From an uncultured Gammaproteobacteria bacterium (lineage in GTDB: Bacteria > Patescibacteriota > Microgenomatia > UBA8517), in NCBI GenBank assembly GCA_964502815.1, contig CAZCXV010000001.1, forward strand, positions 71,907 through 135,906: 64,000 nt of DNA. The letters are read 5' to 3'. The notes under the pieces are model-generated. The model did no database searches, was not told the origin of the DNA, and saw nothing but the letters and a program-made list of their open reading frames with translations. The position numbers and the translations under genes are program-made. Below, in pieces: positions 1 through 8,793 of the stretch; within the stretch, counting starts at the first letter, position 1, and each line of letters opens with the position of its first letter.

Positions 1-1
1 C

Positions 2-739
2 CTGACGGCAGGACTTGACAATTGTGTTGGTGACTATGCAATTATTTTTTCTCTCTATCTTGATCCAATCGAAATACTTCCTGAATTAATCGCAAAACTT
101 AAATCGGGGTCAAACCTGGTTATTGGCAAAATGAAAAAAAATCCTGTCAAACTTTATGGCCCATCAAAGCTAATTGTCTCGATTGCTGAAAAATTTTCCA
201 CGACCGGCTGGATATATCGGAGTAATTATACTCTTGCTTTAGATAGAAAAGCCCTAAATTCTGTCATTAGAACCAGGAGAAAAAGTAGAAATTTTAGCTA
301 TATTAATTCTCTAATTGGTCTTAAGAAATCAACATTAAGATATATGCCAATCACAAAATATAAAAACCTGATTAGACGTGAAGATTTCTTCTCACTCATC
401 ACTACTATTCTTAATACTGCCATATCAAATTCATTTAAGCCAATAAGATATCTTAGTTTAATTGGCATGCTTTTTTCTTTTTTGTATATTTTATATGTAA
501 TCATTATTCTTATCTTGTATTTTTTCTTTGACCAAAAACAACTAATTCCAAAGGGTTGGGTAACCATATCAGTAGTACTAGGAAGTATGTTTTTCCTACT
601 CTTCTCAACTCTGTCTGTAATTTCTGAATATGTAATTAGAACCCTAATTGAAACAAGACAAGAACCATTTTACTTCATCTCAGAGGAAATAAATAAAACT
701 GAAATTTTGCCTAAAAAGAAAAGATTAAATATCATTTAA
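2..739 (+). CDS. GT2 polyprenyl-phosphate glycosyltransferase (GtrB/ArnC/DPM1-like), 5'-truncated by window edge
   Basis: The frame is open from nt 2 upstream of the listed ATG, with no stop. The translated C-terminal region shows two TM helices and a …SVISEYVIRTLIE tail, typical of GtrB/CsbB-like GT2 enzymes. Only the C-terminal ~245 aa are in the window. Confidence 0.55.
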   Translation: MTAGLDNCVGDYAIIFSLYLDPIEILPELIAKLKSGSNLVIGKMKKNPVKLYGPSKLIVSIAEKFSTTGWIYRSNYTLALDRKALNSVIRTRRKSRNFSYINSLIGLKKSTLRYMPITKYKNLIRREDFFSLITTILNTAISNSFKPIRYLSLIGMLFSFLYILYVIIILILYFFFDQKQLIPKGWVTISVVLGSMFFLLFSTLSVISEYVIRTLIETRQEPFYFISEEINKTEILPKKKRLNII

Positions 740-784
740 CACTTTCACTATTGGGTTCAAATCGGGTTCTTTACATTTAATATT

Positions 785-1291
785 ATGGAAGTAAAATTTA
801 TTACAAATATGTCTATCGAAATAGTACAAAAAGTTGAAAAGAAAATTCTCTCAGGGAATTTTCAGAATGCCGAAAACGGAGAAATCATAATGAACCAACT
901 TTTCTATTTAGGTCCAAATACAATTCTCCAAACTCATTTACACACTGGTATGGATGAACATGTTGGACTCGTAGAAGGAGATAGAGTTCTTCTTTACATT
1001 CAAAATGGTAACAACAAAGCTAAAAGAATTGAACTCATAAATGGTCAAACCATTCTCATAAAAGCTAATGTAAAACATACTATAGTCAATCCAAGTAAGG
1101 AAAAAGCCACATTGGCAGCAATAGGAGTTAAGAGAAGAAAAAATGGTGTAACCGAAATGCTTAATACTGAAAACCTTGCTATTACAGATAGCTATTGGCG
1201 ATTGATTGCAGATATTGACCCATACGTTGCTGAAGAAAATTTCAACAATTACATGGAGTCATTTTCCCCTCTCAATAGTGATAGAATCTAA
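785..1291 (+). CDS. cupin-fold protein (possible sugar ketoisomerase/epimerase)
   Basis: 168 aa, His-rich β-barrel-like core (…THLHTGMDEHVGLVEGDRVLL…). Sits in a sugar-modification context. Fold assignment is by pattern only. Confidence 0.3.
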   Translation: MEVKFITNMSIEIVQKVEKKILSGNFQNAENGEIIMNQLFYLGPNTILQTHLHTGMDEHVGLVEGDRVLLYIQNGNNKAKRIELINGQTILIKANVKHTIVNPSKEKATLAAIGVKRRKNGVTEMLNTENLAITDSYWRLIADIDPYVAEENFNNYMESFSPLNSDRI

Positions 1292-1294
1292 ATT

Positions 1295-2884
1295 ATGAAG
1301 ACAGCTGTCATAGGTTACACAGGATTTGTAGGAAGTAACCTAATTAGACAACACAAATTTACAGATTTATACAACTCCCAAAACATAAATTCAATAAGAA
1401 ATAAAGCTTACGATCTAATTGTAAGTGCTGGCGCGACTGCAGACAGGAACATTGCAAATCAAAATTCCAATAAAGACTGGAGAAAAATTAAAACACTTCT
1501 GGATAATTTAAGATACGTTAAAGTCAAACATTTTATTCTGATATCCACTATCGATGTGTACCCAGACAAATCAAATGCCAATGAAGATACTCCAATAAAA
1601 GCAAAAAATTTAAAAGAAGCATATGGTAGAAATCGTTTAAAAATGGAGTTATTTGTTAAACGGAATTTTCCTAAAGTAACAATAATTCGCTGCCCAAACC
1701 TTTATGGAATAAATTTGAAAAAGAATGTGGTATTTGACTTAATTCACAATACGAACTTAGAAAAAAGGCATCGGGACAGCATGCTCCAATATTACAATTT
1801 GGATAACTTATGGAATGACATACAAGAAGCGATAAAAAACAACATTTCTACTATAAATTTATCAGTAGAACCAGTAACAATACGTGAGATCGCCAAAGCA
1901 ACAATGAATACGAAATTTACTAACATTTCCAAAGAGGCTCCCATGTTTTTAAATTTCAAATCTAAGTATGCAGACCTCTGGAAAGGTAAAAACGAATATC
2001 TATACAACAAGAAGGAAACACTTAGAGGACTCAAGAATTTTGTTTTGCAAGAAATAAAACAACTAAAGCGACCAAAGATAGCAATCTCAAATCTCGCCTG
2101 GGATCATTCAGAAGATGTGAAGGTTGTCCCTATACTGCAAAAATATAACATCAATGCAATTGAAATAGCTCCATCAAAAATTTGGCCAGATCCATCAAAA
2201 GCAAAAGTAAGCCAAATTAAAGATTATCGACAATTTTGGAATAAAAGAGGGATAGAAATAATTGCAACTACCCACCTATTATCACCTCACCCTGAGTTAA
2301 CACTTTTTGAAAACAACAAGACAAGAATAAAAAGTCTGAAATACTTAAAGAGTTTAATTAAAATATCCTCAATCCTTGGTGCCAAAGTAATGAATTTTGG
2401 TTCTCCAAAGAATCGTAGAAAAGGATCCCTAACAAACAAAGAAGCGTTTGCAATTTCTCAAAATTTTTTTTCACAAATAGCAAGGGAATGTGAGAAATAT
2501 AACATTAACTTCGCCTTTGAGCCAAACCCACCGATTTACGGAGGTGATTTTATCCATACAACCAAAGAGGCAGTATATTTAGCAAAAAAAGTAAAACATC
2601 AAAACTTTGGAGTGAACATAGATTTAAGCACAATGATTGAAAATAGGGAAGATTTCGAAAATACTATAAAACTTGCAATGCCTTACGCTAAACATTTACA
2701 TATAAGTGAACCTTATTTGGTCGCTATGCCTAAGAAAATATCTGCACATAAAATTCTTTCTCGCGCCATTGACAAAACTGGATTCACAAAATATCTGTCA
2801 ATTGAGATGGCTTTGGATAAGAAAACCAATCATCCTTTGCAAATTGAAAAGACATTAAAATTTATAACAAAAGTATATAATTAA
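1295..2884 (+). CDS. fusion protein: N-terminal NAD(P)-binding epimerase/reductase-like Rossmann domain + C-terminal xylose-isomerase-like TIM-barrel (sugar phosphate isomerase/epimerase) domain
   Basis: N-terminus MKTAVIGYTGFVGSNL carries a GxxGxxG dinucleotide-binding motif. The C-terminal ~270 aa (…ISNLAWDHSED…FAFEPNPP…NIDLSTM…) resembles TIM-barrel sugar isomerase/AP-endonuclease-2 family. 529 aa. Confidence 0.45.
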   Translation: MKTAVIGYTGFVGSNLIRQHKFTDLYNSQNINSIRNKAYDLIVSAGATADRNIANQNSNKDWRKIKTLLDNLRYVKVKHFILISTIDVYPDKSNANEDTPIKAKNLKEAYGRNRLKMELFVKRNFPKVTIIRCPNLYGINLKKNVVFDLIHNTNLEKRHRDSMLQYYNLDNLWNDIQEAIKNNISTINLSVEPVTIREIAKATMNTKFTNISKEAPMFLNFKSKYADLWKGKNEYLYNKKETLRGLKNFVLQEIKQLKRPKIAISNLAWDHSEDVKVVPILQKYNINAIEIAPSKIWPDPSKAKVSQIKDYRQFWNKRGIEIIATTHLLSPHPELTLFENNKTRIKSLKYLKSLIKISSILGAKVMNFGSPKNRRKGSLTNKEAFAISQNFFSQIARECEKYNINFAFEPNPPIYGGDFIHTTKEAVYLAKKVKHQNFGVNIDLSTMIENREDFENTIKLAMPYAKHLHISEPYLVAMPKKISAHKILSRAIDKTGFTKYLSIEMALDKKTNHPLQIEKTLKFITKVYN

Positions 2885-2893
2885 CAAATAGAA

Positions 2894-3682
2894 ATGAAAA
2901 TATATACCGCCGACTGGCAATTGCCAAAACATAAAGTAGTTGAACTACACCCAAAAAAGACACGGTACTGTATAGAAATCCCAGTAGTAAACGAGGGTAA
3001 TAAAATTAGAAAGCAGCTTGCAAAAATGAGGAACTATGCAAGACTTGCAGATATTGTGATTTTGGATGGTGGAAGCACAGATAGTTCAACTGACATAAAA
3101 TATCTCAAAAAAGTAAAAGTTAGAAGCCTACTTTTAAATACTGATACTAGTCCAGGAAAGCAAGGCAGAGATTTGAGAATGGGTTTTGCTTACGCACTTA
3201 AGCAAGGTTATGATGGAGTAATAACAATTGACGGCAACAACAAGGATGGCGTTGAAGCTATACCAAAATTTATTAAAGCACTAGATCAAGGATATGACTT
3301 TATTCAAGGCTCAAGATATATAAAAGGAGGTAAACACGAAAACACACCGATTGAGAGATATCTAGGAGGTAGATTCCTATTAACACCGATACTGAATCTT
3401 GGATCAGGGTATTTGTACACTGATACAACAAATGGATTTCGGGCTTATAGCAGAAAATACTTACTTCACCCTCAACTCAGGCCATTTAGGAAAATTTTTG
3501 TAACTTACGATCTGCTCTTTTATCTAACTGTCAGAGCTAACAGGCTCAGATTAAAAACAAAGGAAGTTCCAGTAACTAGAATCTATCCGCCTGGCAGGGT
3601 ACCAACAAAAATCATTGGGATTAAACTTCTGAATTTTGTTTTAACCGCTTTTAGAGCAGCACTTGGCGCATATAACCCTTGA
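2894..3682 (+). CDS. GT2 family glycosyltransferase (DPM1-like)
   Basis: Motifs …VILDGGSTDSSTD… and …ITIDGNNKDG…FIQGSRY… are typical of GT2 dolichyl/polyprenyl-phosphate sugar synthases. 262 aa. Confidence 0.6.
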   Translation: MKIYTADWQLPKHKVVELHPKKTRYCIEIPVVNEGNKIRKQLAKMRNYARLADIVILDGGSTDSSTDIKYLKKVKVRSLLLNTDTSPGKQGRDLRMGFAYALKQGYDGVITIDGNNKDGVEAIPKFIKALDQGYDFIQGSRYIKGGKHENTPIERYLGGRFLLTPILNLGSGYLYTDTTNGFRAYSRKYLLHPQLRPFRKIFVTYDLLFYLTVRANRLRLKTKEVPVTRIYPPGRVPTKIIGIKLLNFVLTAFRAALGAYNP

Positions 3683-3690
3683 GTAACTTT

Positions 3691-4551
3691 TCAAAGACCA
3701 AGATGTTTTTTTGTTAAAGTCCACCTCGGAATATTAGCTACATGTTTCACATATATAGCGCTTTCTGATAACTTTCCATACACAATGTAACTCTTGAGTG
3801 GACCATAGGGAGTTTCATCCAAGCACAGCTGATCCATTTCAGTTAATGGAACCGCAAGAGTACAACTTGATTCCTTTTTATCTTCTGCGTTTTCTCTGGC
3901 TTTGAGAATCTCTGTCACAGTTAGGCCTACTTCGATCAGACAATAGGCAGAAACATAGGCCATGTTAAACGCTCTCCCAAACCCCAATACTGTTATCCTG
4001 TCATTTGAGACTTTAGCACCATACTCTTCTTCAAAACCTCTAGATGCAGTTACTACAGGATTCGGATCTTCGGGTTCCGATTGTTCTTCAAAGCCAAAAG
4101 AGAGTCTTCCTTGATTTAATCCACCACTTTGAGAAATAACATTCAATAACACCTTTTTATCAGCAGTTACAATCAAACAAGCTGCGTAAAGACCGCTAGG
4201 AATCTTTGATTCCCGTGTTTTGACAAAATCCATATTCGTTTTTTGGAATAATTCAGGAGCAACGTGAGGAAAACCCCACAAGGTAAAATAATCAGTCAAT
4301 CGGGTTATAATCCTTACCTTACCATCTGCTCTTTTAATTTTCATTACAGATAATTTGTCGCCGTTAAAATCAGTAGGACGCTTCTCTTTGGTGAGCTCAT
4401 ACGCTTGTCTGAGAATTAAATTCAGCTTTAAATCAGAGATTCCCTTGATTTCAGGATTACCGGTGAGCTTTGGGTCATCTGAAATAAAAATTGAGATGTC
4501 GTTTTCTTTCCAACCAGAAATATTCTTAGTTACTATCTTTTCGTTTTTCAT
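3691..4551 (-). CDS. hypothetical protein, possibly divergent Nudix-fold hydrolase
   Basis: 286 aa. The segment G-x5-E…RGFEEEYGA partially resembles the Nudix box (REuxEExGu) but with an insertion. 26-bp overlap with the upstream galU-like gene. Confidence 0.25.
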   Translation of the reverse strand: MKNEKIVTKNISGWKENDISIFISDDPKLTGNPEIKGISDLKLNLILRQAYELTKEKRPTDFNGDKLSVMKIKRADGKVRIITRLTDYFTLWGFPHVAPELFQKTNMDFVKTRESKIPSGLYAACLIVTADKKVLLNVISQSGGLNQGRLSFGFEEQSEPEDPNPVVTASRGFEEEYGAKVSNDRITVLGFGRAFNMAYVSAYCLIEVGLTVTEILKARENAEDKKESSCTLAVPLTEMDQLCLDETPYGPLKSYIVYGKLSESAIYVKHVANIPRWTLTKKHLGL

Positions 4552-5377
4552 GCTTATTTTTAAATAGGTCCTTAAACAGCTGATTATAACTCAAGTCACT
4601 CCGATATTCAAAGAGTTCAACAAAAGTTTTGGCATAATCATATTTATTACCAGATTCAAAAAATGGTTTCCGATAAATCATTCCATAGGCCAGGTTTTTC
4701 TGACAATATGCATCAACCGCATCTTCCAATACAAATTCCCCTTTACTATTTCGAGTGCTCTTTTCAATATACTCAATAATGTCAGACTCAAGTAGATATC
4801 CATTGCCAAAACAATATGGTGAAACGGGGCCTTTATCACCCGGTTTTTCAAATATTCTTTTAACTTTAACCACATCTTTTGATATTTGTTCAACCTCAGG
4901 AACAGCATACAAATATCTTGCCCTATCAAAAAATGGAAACAAACATATAATTGGCTGATGCATTTTTTTGTATAATTTGATCATCTTTCCTATTCGATTG
5001 TCCTTTCTTAGTCCAAAACTATCCGCCCAAACTATGACAAACGGGTCATTTCCTATGTATTTTTTTGCATCAAGAATTCCTGCAGCGTTACCAATAAAGT
5101 CGTTTTTGTAAGCAACTGAGACTTTTATATTCTTTAGAATCTTTTTTAGATTCTCATCTTTAGTATTTGTAATGTAATCAAGAAGCAGTTGTTTATCTTT
5201 GCTGATAGCCAATATTAACTCTTCAATACCGTTTACCAAAGCCTCTTCCAACACATAATGAATTATTGGTTTATCAATCAAGGGAAACATTTCTTTAGGT
5301 AAAACAGAAGTAATGGGTAAGAATCGAGTTCCCAAACCACCGGCGGCAACAACTAATTTTTTCACTTTCTTTGTCAT
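4526..5377 (-). CDS. galU: UTP--glucose-1-phosphate uridylyltransferase (GalU-like sugar nucleotidyltransferase)
   Basis: N-terminal VVAAGGLGTRFLPITSVLPKEMFPL matches the GalU/sugar-1-P nucleotidyltransferase signature (AAGxGTRxLPxTKxxPKEM). 283 aa. Confidence 0.65.
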   Translation of the reverse strand: MTKKVKKLVVAAGGLGTRFLPITSVLPKEMFPLIDKPIIHYVLEEALVNGIEELILAISKDKQLLLDYITNTKDENLKKILKNIKVSVAYKNDFIGNAAGILDAKKYIGNDPFVIVWADSFGLRKDNRIGKMIKLYKKMHQPIICLFPFFDRARYLYAVPEVEQISKDVVKVKRIFEKPGDKGPVSPYCFGNGYLLESDIIEYIEKSTRNSKGEFVLEDAVDAYCQKNLAYGMIYRKPFFESGNKYDYAKTFVELFEYRSDLSYNQLFKDLFKNKHEKRKDSN

Positions 5378-5449
5378 AATGGCTATTTTTCTGCTTTACT
5401 CAACATTTTTAAACATGCTTCACAATTAAATCAACTTAATAGAAAAGAT

Positions 5450-6583
5450 TCAGTAATCTTGTTGAGTATATTCTTCAATTCCTTCCAGGATATCATAAAC
5501 ATTGTCGATCTTTCCTCCCATCACAACATGGAATCCTTTTATGCCATAATCTTTTTTAAAAAGTATTGGCCTACCATCGTTAACCTCATACTCTCTAAGC
5601 ACCGTTCGAACTTCAAAGAGAGATTGTTTATTTTCTATTCCTTTGAGTAGCGGTAAATATCTTTGAGCATCTTTAATCATAAAAATAGCATTTGACTTCT
5701 TTGTAAATTTTTCCAAATCCGGCCATTTGTCGGTCTTGCCATCATCATACCAAGTCTCGTGAACTGTATATCTGACATGATAGAGCGAATGCATATTTTT
5801 GTCCGGAAATGGTAGGGTGCCCCAAAACGGCCCGTCCATGACAGTTATGCCAATGTTTCTTAATTCCTTAGGTGCCTCATATAAAAGCATCTCTGTGAGT
5901 TCATATTTAAAGGAAAACGGTTCAAGTTTTGATGCTTTCAGAATTTTATTTATTTGTGAATAAGTACAATTGTAAACATTTTTTGCTGAAAAATTTCTAC
6001 CATTTTTTGTATTTACCAAAACTCCTTCTTTATATTGTGAAACATTTTCAACCGCATTGTTATAGAGTACTTCTATTTTTGTCTTTTCGATCCTTTCTTT
6101 TAGGATAGCTCTTAATTTTCCTGCATCGAATATTGCTTCATCGACATCAAACACATTCTCAATCAAACTTTGATTAAACAGCTTTCTGAATTTTTCATCA
6201 CTTTGTTTTATCTCACAACCAACTTGGTCACAAAACTTAACAAATTGACTGGCTGTTGTTTTCGAAATAGAAGCTCCAATTGCATATTTCATTGTCACCT
6301 TATCTGCTATAGCTTTTTTGAAGTCTTTTAAAAATAGTGGATAATTGGCATGTGATCTTGCAGCTGTCAAAAAGTTTCTGGGATAGTGATAGCCATTATG
6401 AACTCTTGCTTGATTATTGTATGAGGCTCTCTTAATTAAGTCTTCTGTCTTTTCGATTAAAAGTACCCTCGTAAAATACTTTTTGAGATAGATGGCAATC
6501 ATTGATCCAAACAAGCCACCACCGATAATTATGGCATCATAAATTTGAGCATCACTTTTTCTCACTAAACAAAAATATAACAA
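5450..6583 (-). CDS. FAD-dependent oxidoreductase
   Basis: N-terminal YDAIIIGGGLFGSMIAIYL…RVLLIEK is a Rossmann FAD-binding βαβ motif (GxGxxG followed by an acidic residue). 377 aa. Confidence 0.5.
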   Translation of the reverse strand: MLYFCLVRKSDAQIYDAIIIGGGLFGSMIAIYLKKYFTRVLLIEKTEDLIKRASYNNQARVHNGYHYPRNFLTAARSHANYPLFLKDFKKAIADKVTMKYAIGASISKTTASQFVKFCDQVGCEIKQSDEKFRKLFNQSLIENVFDVDEAIFDAGKLRAILKERIEKTKIEVLYNNAVENVSQYKEGVLVNTKNGRNFSAKNVYNCTYSQINKILKASKLEPFSFKYELTEMLLYEAPKELRNIGITVMDGPFWGTLPFPDKNMHSLYHVRYTVHETWYDDGKTDKWPDLEKFTKKSNAIFMIKDAQRYLPLLKGIENKQSLFEVRTVLREYEVNDGRPILFKKDYGIKGFHVVMGGKIDNVYDILEGIEEYTQQDY

Positions 6584-6606
6584 GCGAGAAGAAAATGCAA
6601 AACTAG

Positions 6607-7077
6607 TTAAATCGAAGTTAACTTGTCTATGTAAATTTTTAGTGAATTAATGTCGTCCTGTAAAAATCTCCACTCAGCACTATCAGAAGAAAAATTTTCT
6701 TGCAATTTTTCGATTTGAGGTATGTAAGCCTCCATTTGTTCTTTTGCACTACCAGCTTCACTTTTTAAACTCTTAGCCACTATCACCTCTGATAACTGAC
6801 CAGCAGTAGCTGAATACCTTAAAGTTGCCTTTTCAAAATAAAACATTTTTTTGTTTTCAACTATATAGGTTAATTCATCCATTCTCTTTGCAAGTAATTT
6901 ACTTAAATGAGCTGATTTTGCTTTAGCAGAGAATTTGAAGATTAATGTTACCTTTTCTTTTAATCTTTTAACTTTATAGCTCGAAGAATTATCTGGATTC
7001 ACATTTTCCTTTGCCTGAACCACTGGAGCGAAAAATAAAGGTAATAAAACCAACATTAATATCAAAAACCTTTTCAC
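6607..7077 (-). CDS. secreted hypothetical protein (signal peptide, coiled-coil; DUF5667-like)
   Basis: N-terminus MKRFLILMLVLLPLFFAPVVQA looks like a cleavable signal peptide. The rest is charged and helical. 156 aa. Confidence 0.4.
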   Translation of the reverse strand: MKRFLILMLVLLPLFFAPVVQAKENVNPDNSSSYKVKRLKEKVTLIFKFSAKAKSAHLSKLLAKRMDELTYIVENKKMFYFEKATLRYSATAGQLSEVIVAKSLKSEAGSAKEQMEAYIPQIEKLQENFSSDSAEWRFLQDDINSLKIYIDKLTSI

Positions 7078-7086
7078 AATCTTAAT

Positions 7087-7821
7087 TTACACTTTTTGAC
7101 ACGAAAACACAATATGGCTGAAGGGTTTACCTTGATGTGGATGCACAATCTTCTTAATTATATAACCGTTCTGTTTTAGTGTCTTTGTCCACCCCTTCTC
7201 ACTTCGGTACTTAATTTTTGTATCAATTAACTTCCTTTCAAAAATAACAGGTACAGTAAAAATGTCAGTCAGCCAAGTAAAAATAAATTTCCACAATGGC
7301 TTCTCTATAATCTCAGCCACTACCAACAAACCACCTTTTTCCAACTTTGTTGAAATTATCTTAAGCATTTTTTCCTGTAACTTTCTTTGGGAAAGGTGAT
7401 GCAATACATGAATTAGTAAAAAACAGTCTGCTTTTGGCAAATCTACATCTAAAATGTCAGCATTCTGGAAAGACACATTTTTAATACCCTTATGCGCCTC
7501 CTTTATTCGTTTAATGTTCAATTCGATTCCCAGTACTTTTCTCTTATTTTCAAGAATCCCTAAGTAATTTGCCAGCAGTCCGTCTCCACTACCCAAATCC
7601 ACAATGAACCCTTTTTTAGGAACTAACTCAGCGATCTCCTCAAAAGGCATATCCCAAAGTCTGATTGTTTGGAAAAGTGACGTAAATTTATCTGGAGAAT
7701 CATCATATAGCGCAAGTATGCTTTGGATTTCCCCGCTGTAAGCTGGCCTGCCAAAAAAGAAAAAGTAAACCTGAAAAAACAGTCCAACTAAAAATTTCAG
7801 AGTTTGCCCCACAAATCCCAT
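7087..7821 (-). CDS. class I SAM-dependent methyltransferase
   Basis: Motif I VDLGSGDGLLANYLG and a downstream acidic motif (…GIELN…) are present. 244 aa. Confidence 0.6.
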   Translation of the reverse strand: MGFVGQTLKFLVGLFFQVYFFFFGRPAYSGEIQSILALYDDSPDKFTSLFQTIRLWDMPFEEIAELVPKKGFIVDLGSGDGLLANYLGILENKRKVLGIELNIKRIKEAHKGIKNVSFQNADILDVDLPKADCFLLIHVLHHLSQRKLQEKMLKIISTKLEKGGLLVVAEIIEKPLWKFIFTWLTDIFTVPVIFERKLIDTKIKYRSEKGWTKTLKQNGYIIKKIVHPHQGKPFSHIVFSCQKV

Positions 7822-7868
7822 ATGTCTAGTTTACTTCAAAGTCGAAAAAGATTAAACTTCAATCCAAA

Positions 7869-8789
7869 ATGGATATTTCTGTAGTTATTCCAGTTTACAA
7901 CGAAGAGAGAAACTTAGCTCCTCTTTGCAGGAGGTTGAAATCCACATTATCAAGATTTAGCAAAAGTTATGAGGTAATTTTTATAAATGACGGTAGTAGC
8001 GACTCTTCCCTACCGGAACTGAAAAAATTAAGAAAAGCAGATCGTAAAATTAAAATTGTTAGTTTTTCAAGAAATTTCGGTCATATGGCTGCTGTCAGTG
8101 CCGGCTTAAAGGCGGCAAGCGGTAAAAAGGTAGTCGTTATGGATGCCGATTTACAAGATCCTCCTGAAGTTATTACTAAAATGTACAGCAAAGCCAAGAC
8201 AGGATATGAAGTTGTCTATGGGATAAAAGAAAAACGCAAAGAAGGCATATTTAAAAGACTTGCATTTAACCTTTTTTATCTAATTCTTGACAAAGTAACA
8301 CATCTTAAAATGCCACTCAATGCAGGCACCTTTAGTCTACTTGACCGCAAAGTGGTTGATATCTTAAACGCTCTACCTGAAAGAAACAAATACTTCAGTG
8401 GTATGCGTATTTGGGCAGGATTTTCTCAAACAGGAATTACTTACGAACGCCAAGCAAGAAAAGGTGGTAAAGCGTCGTCCTTAGGTAAATTAATAAAGCT
8501 AGCTCTTGACGGACTTCTATCATTCTCGTTTCTACCACTCAGACTAGCCAGTATGTTAGGTTTTCTTTTTTCGATTATTGCATTCATATTCATCTTCTTT
8601 GTCGCCTTTGGTAGAGTAATTCTTGGAATTGGCGTTATTGGTTGGGCATCTACCATATCAGTAATTCTTCTACTTGGAGGGATACAACTAATTACTTTGG
8701 GTATTATCGGTGAATACTTAGCACGGATATTTGATGAAGTAAAGGCCAGACCAGAATATGTAATTAAAGAAAAAATTGGTTTTAAATAA
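7869..8789 (+). CDS. GT2 polyprenyl-phosphate sugar synthase (GtrB/ArnC/CsbB-like) with C-terminal TM helices
   Basis: Motifs SVVIPVYNEE, FINDGSSDSS and MDADLQDPPE, followed by two C-terminal TM helices ending …IGEYLARIFDE. 306 aa. Confidence 0.7.
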   Translation: MDISVVIPVYNEERNLAPLCRRLKSTLSRFSKSYEVIFINDGSSDSSLPELKKLRKADRKIKIVSFSRNFGHMAAVSAGLKAASGKKVVVMDADLQDPPEVITKMYSKAKTGYEVVYGIKEKRKEGIFKRLAFNLFYLILDKVTHLKMPLNAGTFSLLDRKVVDILNALPERNKYFSGMRIWAGFSQTGITYERQARKGGKASSLGKLIKLALDGLLSFSFLPLRLASMLGFLFSIIAFIFIFFVAFGRVILGIGVIGWASTISVILLLGGIQLITLGIIGEYLARIFDEVKARPEYVIKEKIGFK

Positions 8790-8793
8790 ACGC

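Noticed and set aside
298-567. Short ORFs of 60-130 aa on the strand opposite to long CDSs. Examples: 298-567, 1792-2034, 4355-4567, 8441-8656, 10296-10490, 15642-15851, 20371-20788, 25626-26173, 41012-41197, 49308-49493, 57371-57613, 58091-58477 and 61617-62160.
   Set aside because: Each is fully embedded antisense or out of frame within a longer, well-supported CDS. All have low-complexity, AT-biased translations typical of spurious ORFs in low-GC DNA.
2463-2470. Homopolymeric A/T tracts of 7-9 nt inside several genes, for example a T8 tract at 2463-2470 and A-runs in GT-C genes, as potential slipped-strand phase-variation sites.
   Set aside because: Such tracts are expected at this AT content and none is unusually long (10 nt or more). 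All genes are in frame. There is no evidence for phase variation without population data.
5393-5468. A 9-bp inverted repeat (tactcaaca … tgttgagta) in the 72-nt gap between the FAD-oxidoreductase and galU-like genes.
   Set aside because: The stem is separated by a roughly 50-nt loop and is AT-rich, so it is unlikely to be a stable terminator or riboswitch. It may be a chance match.
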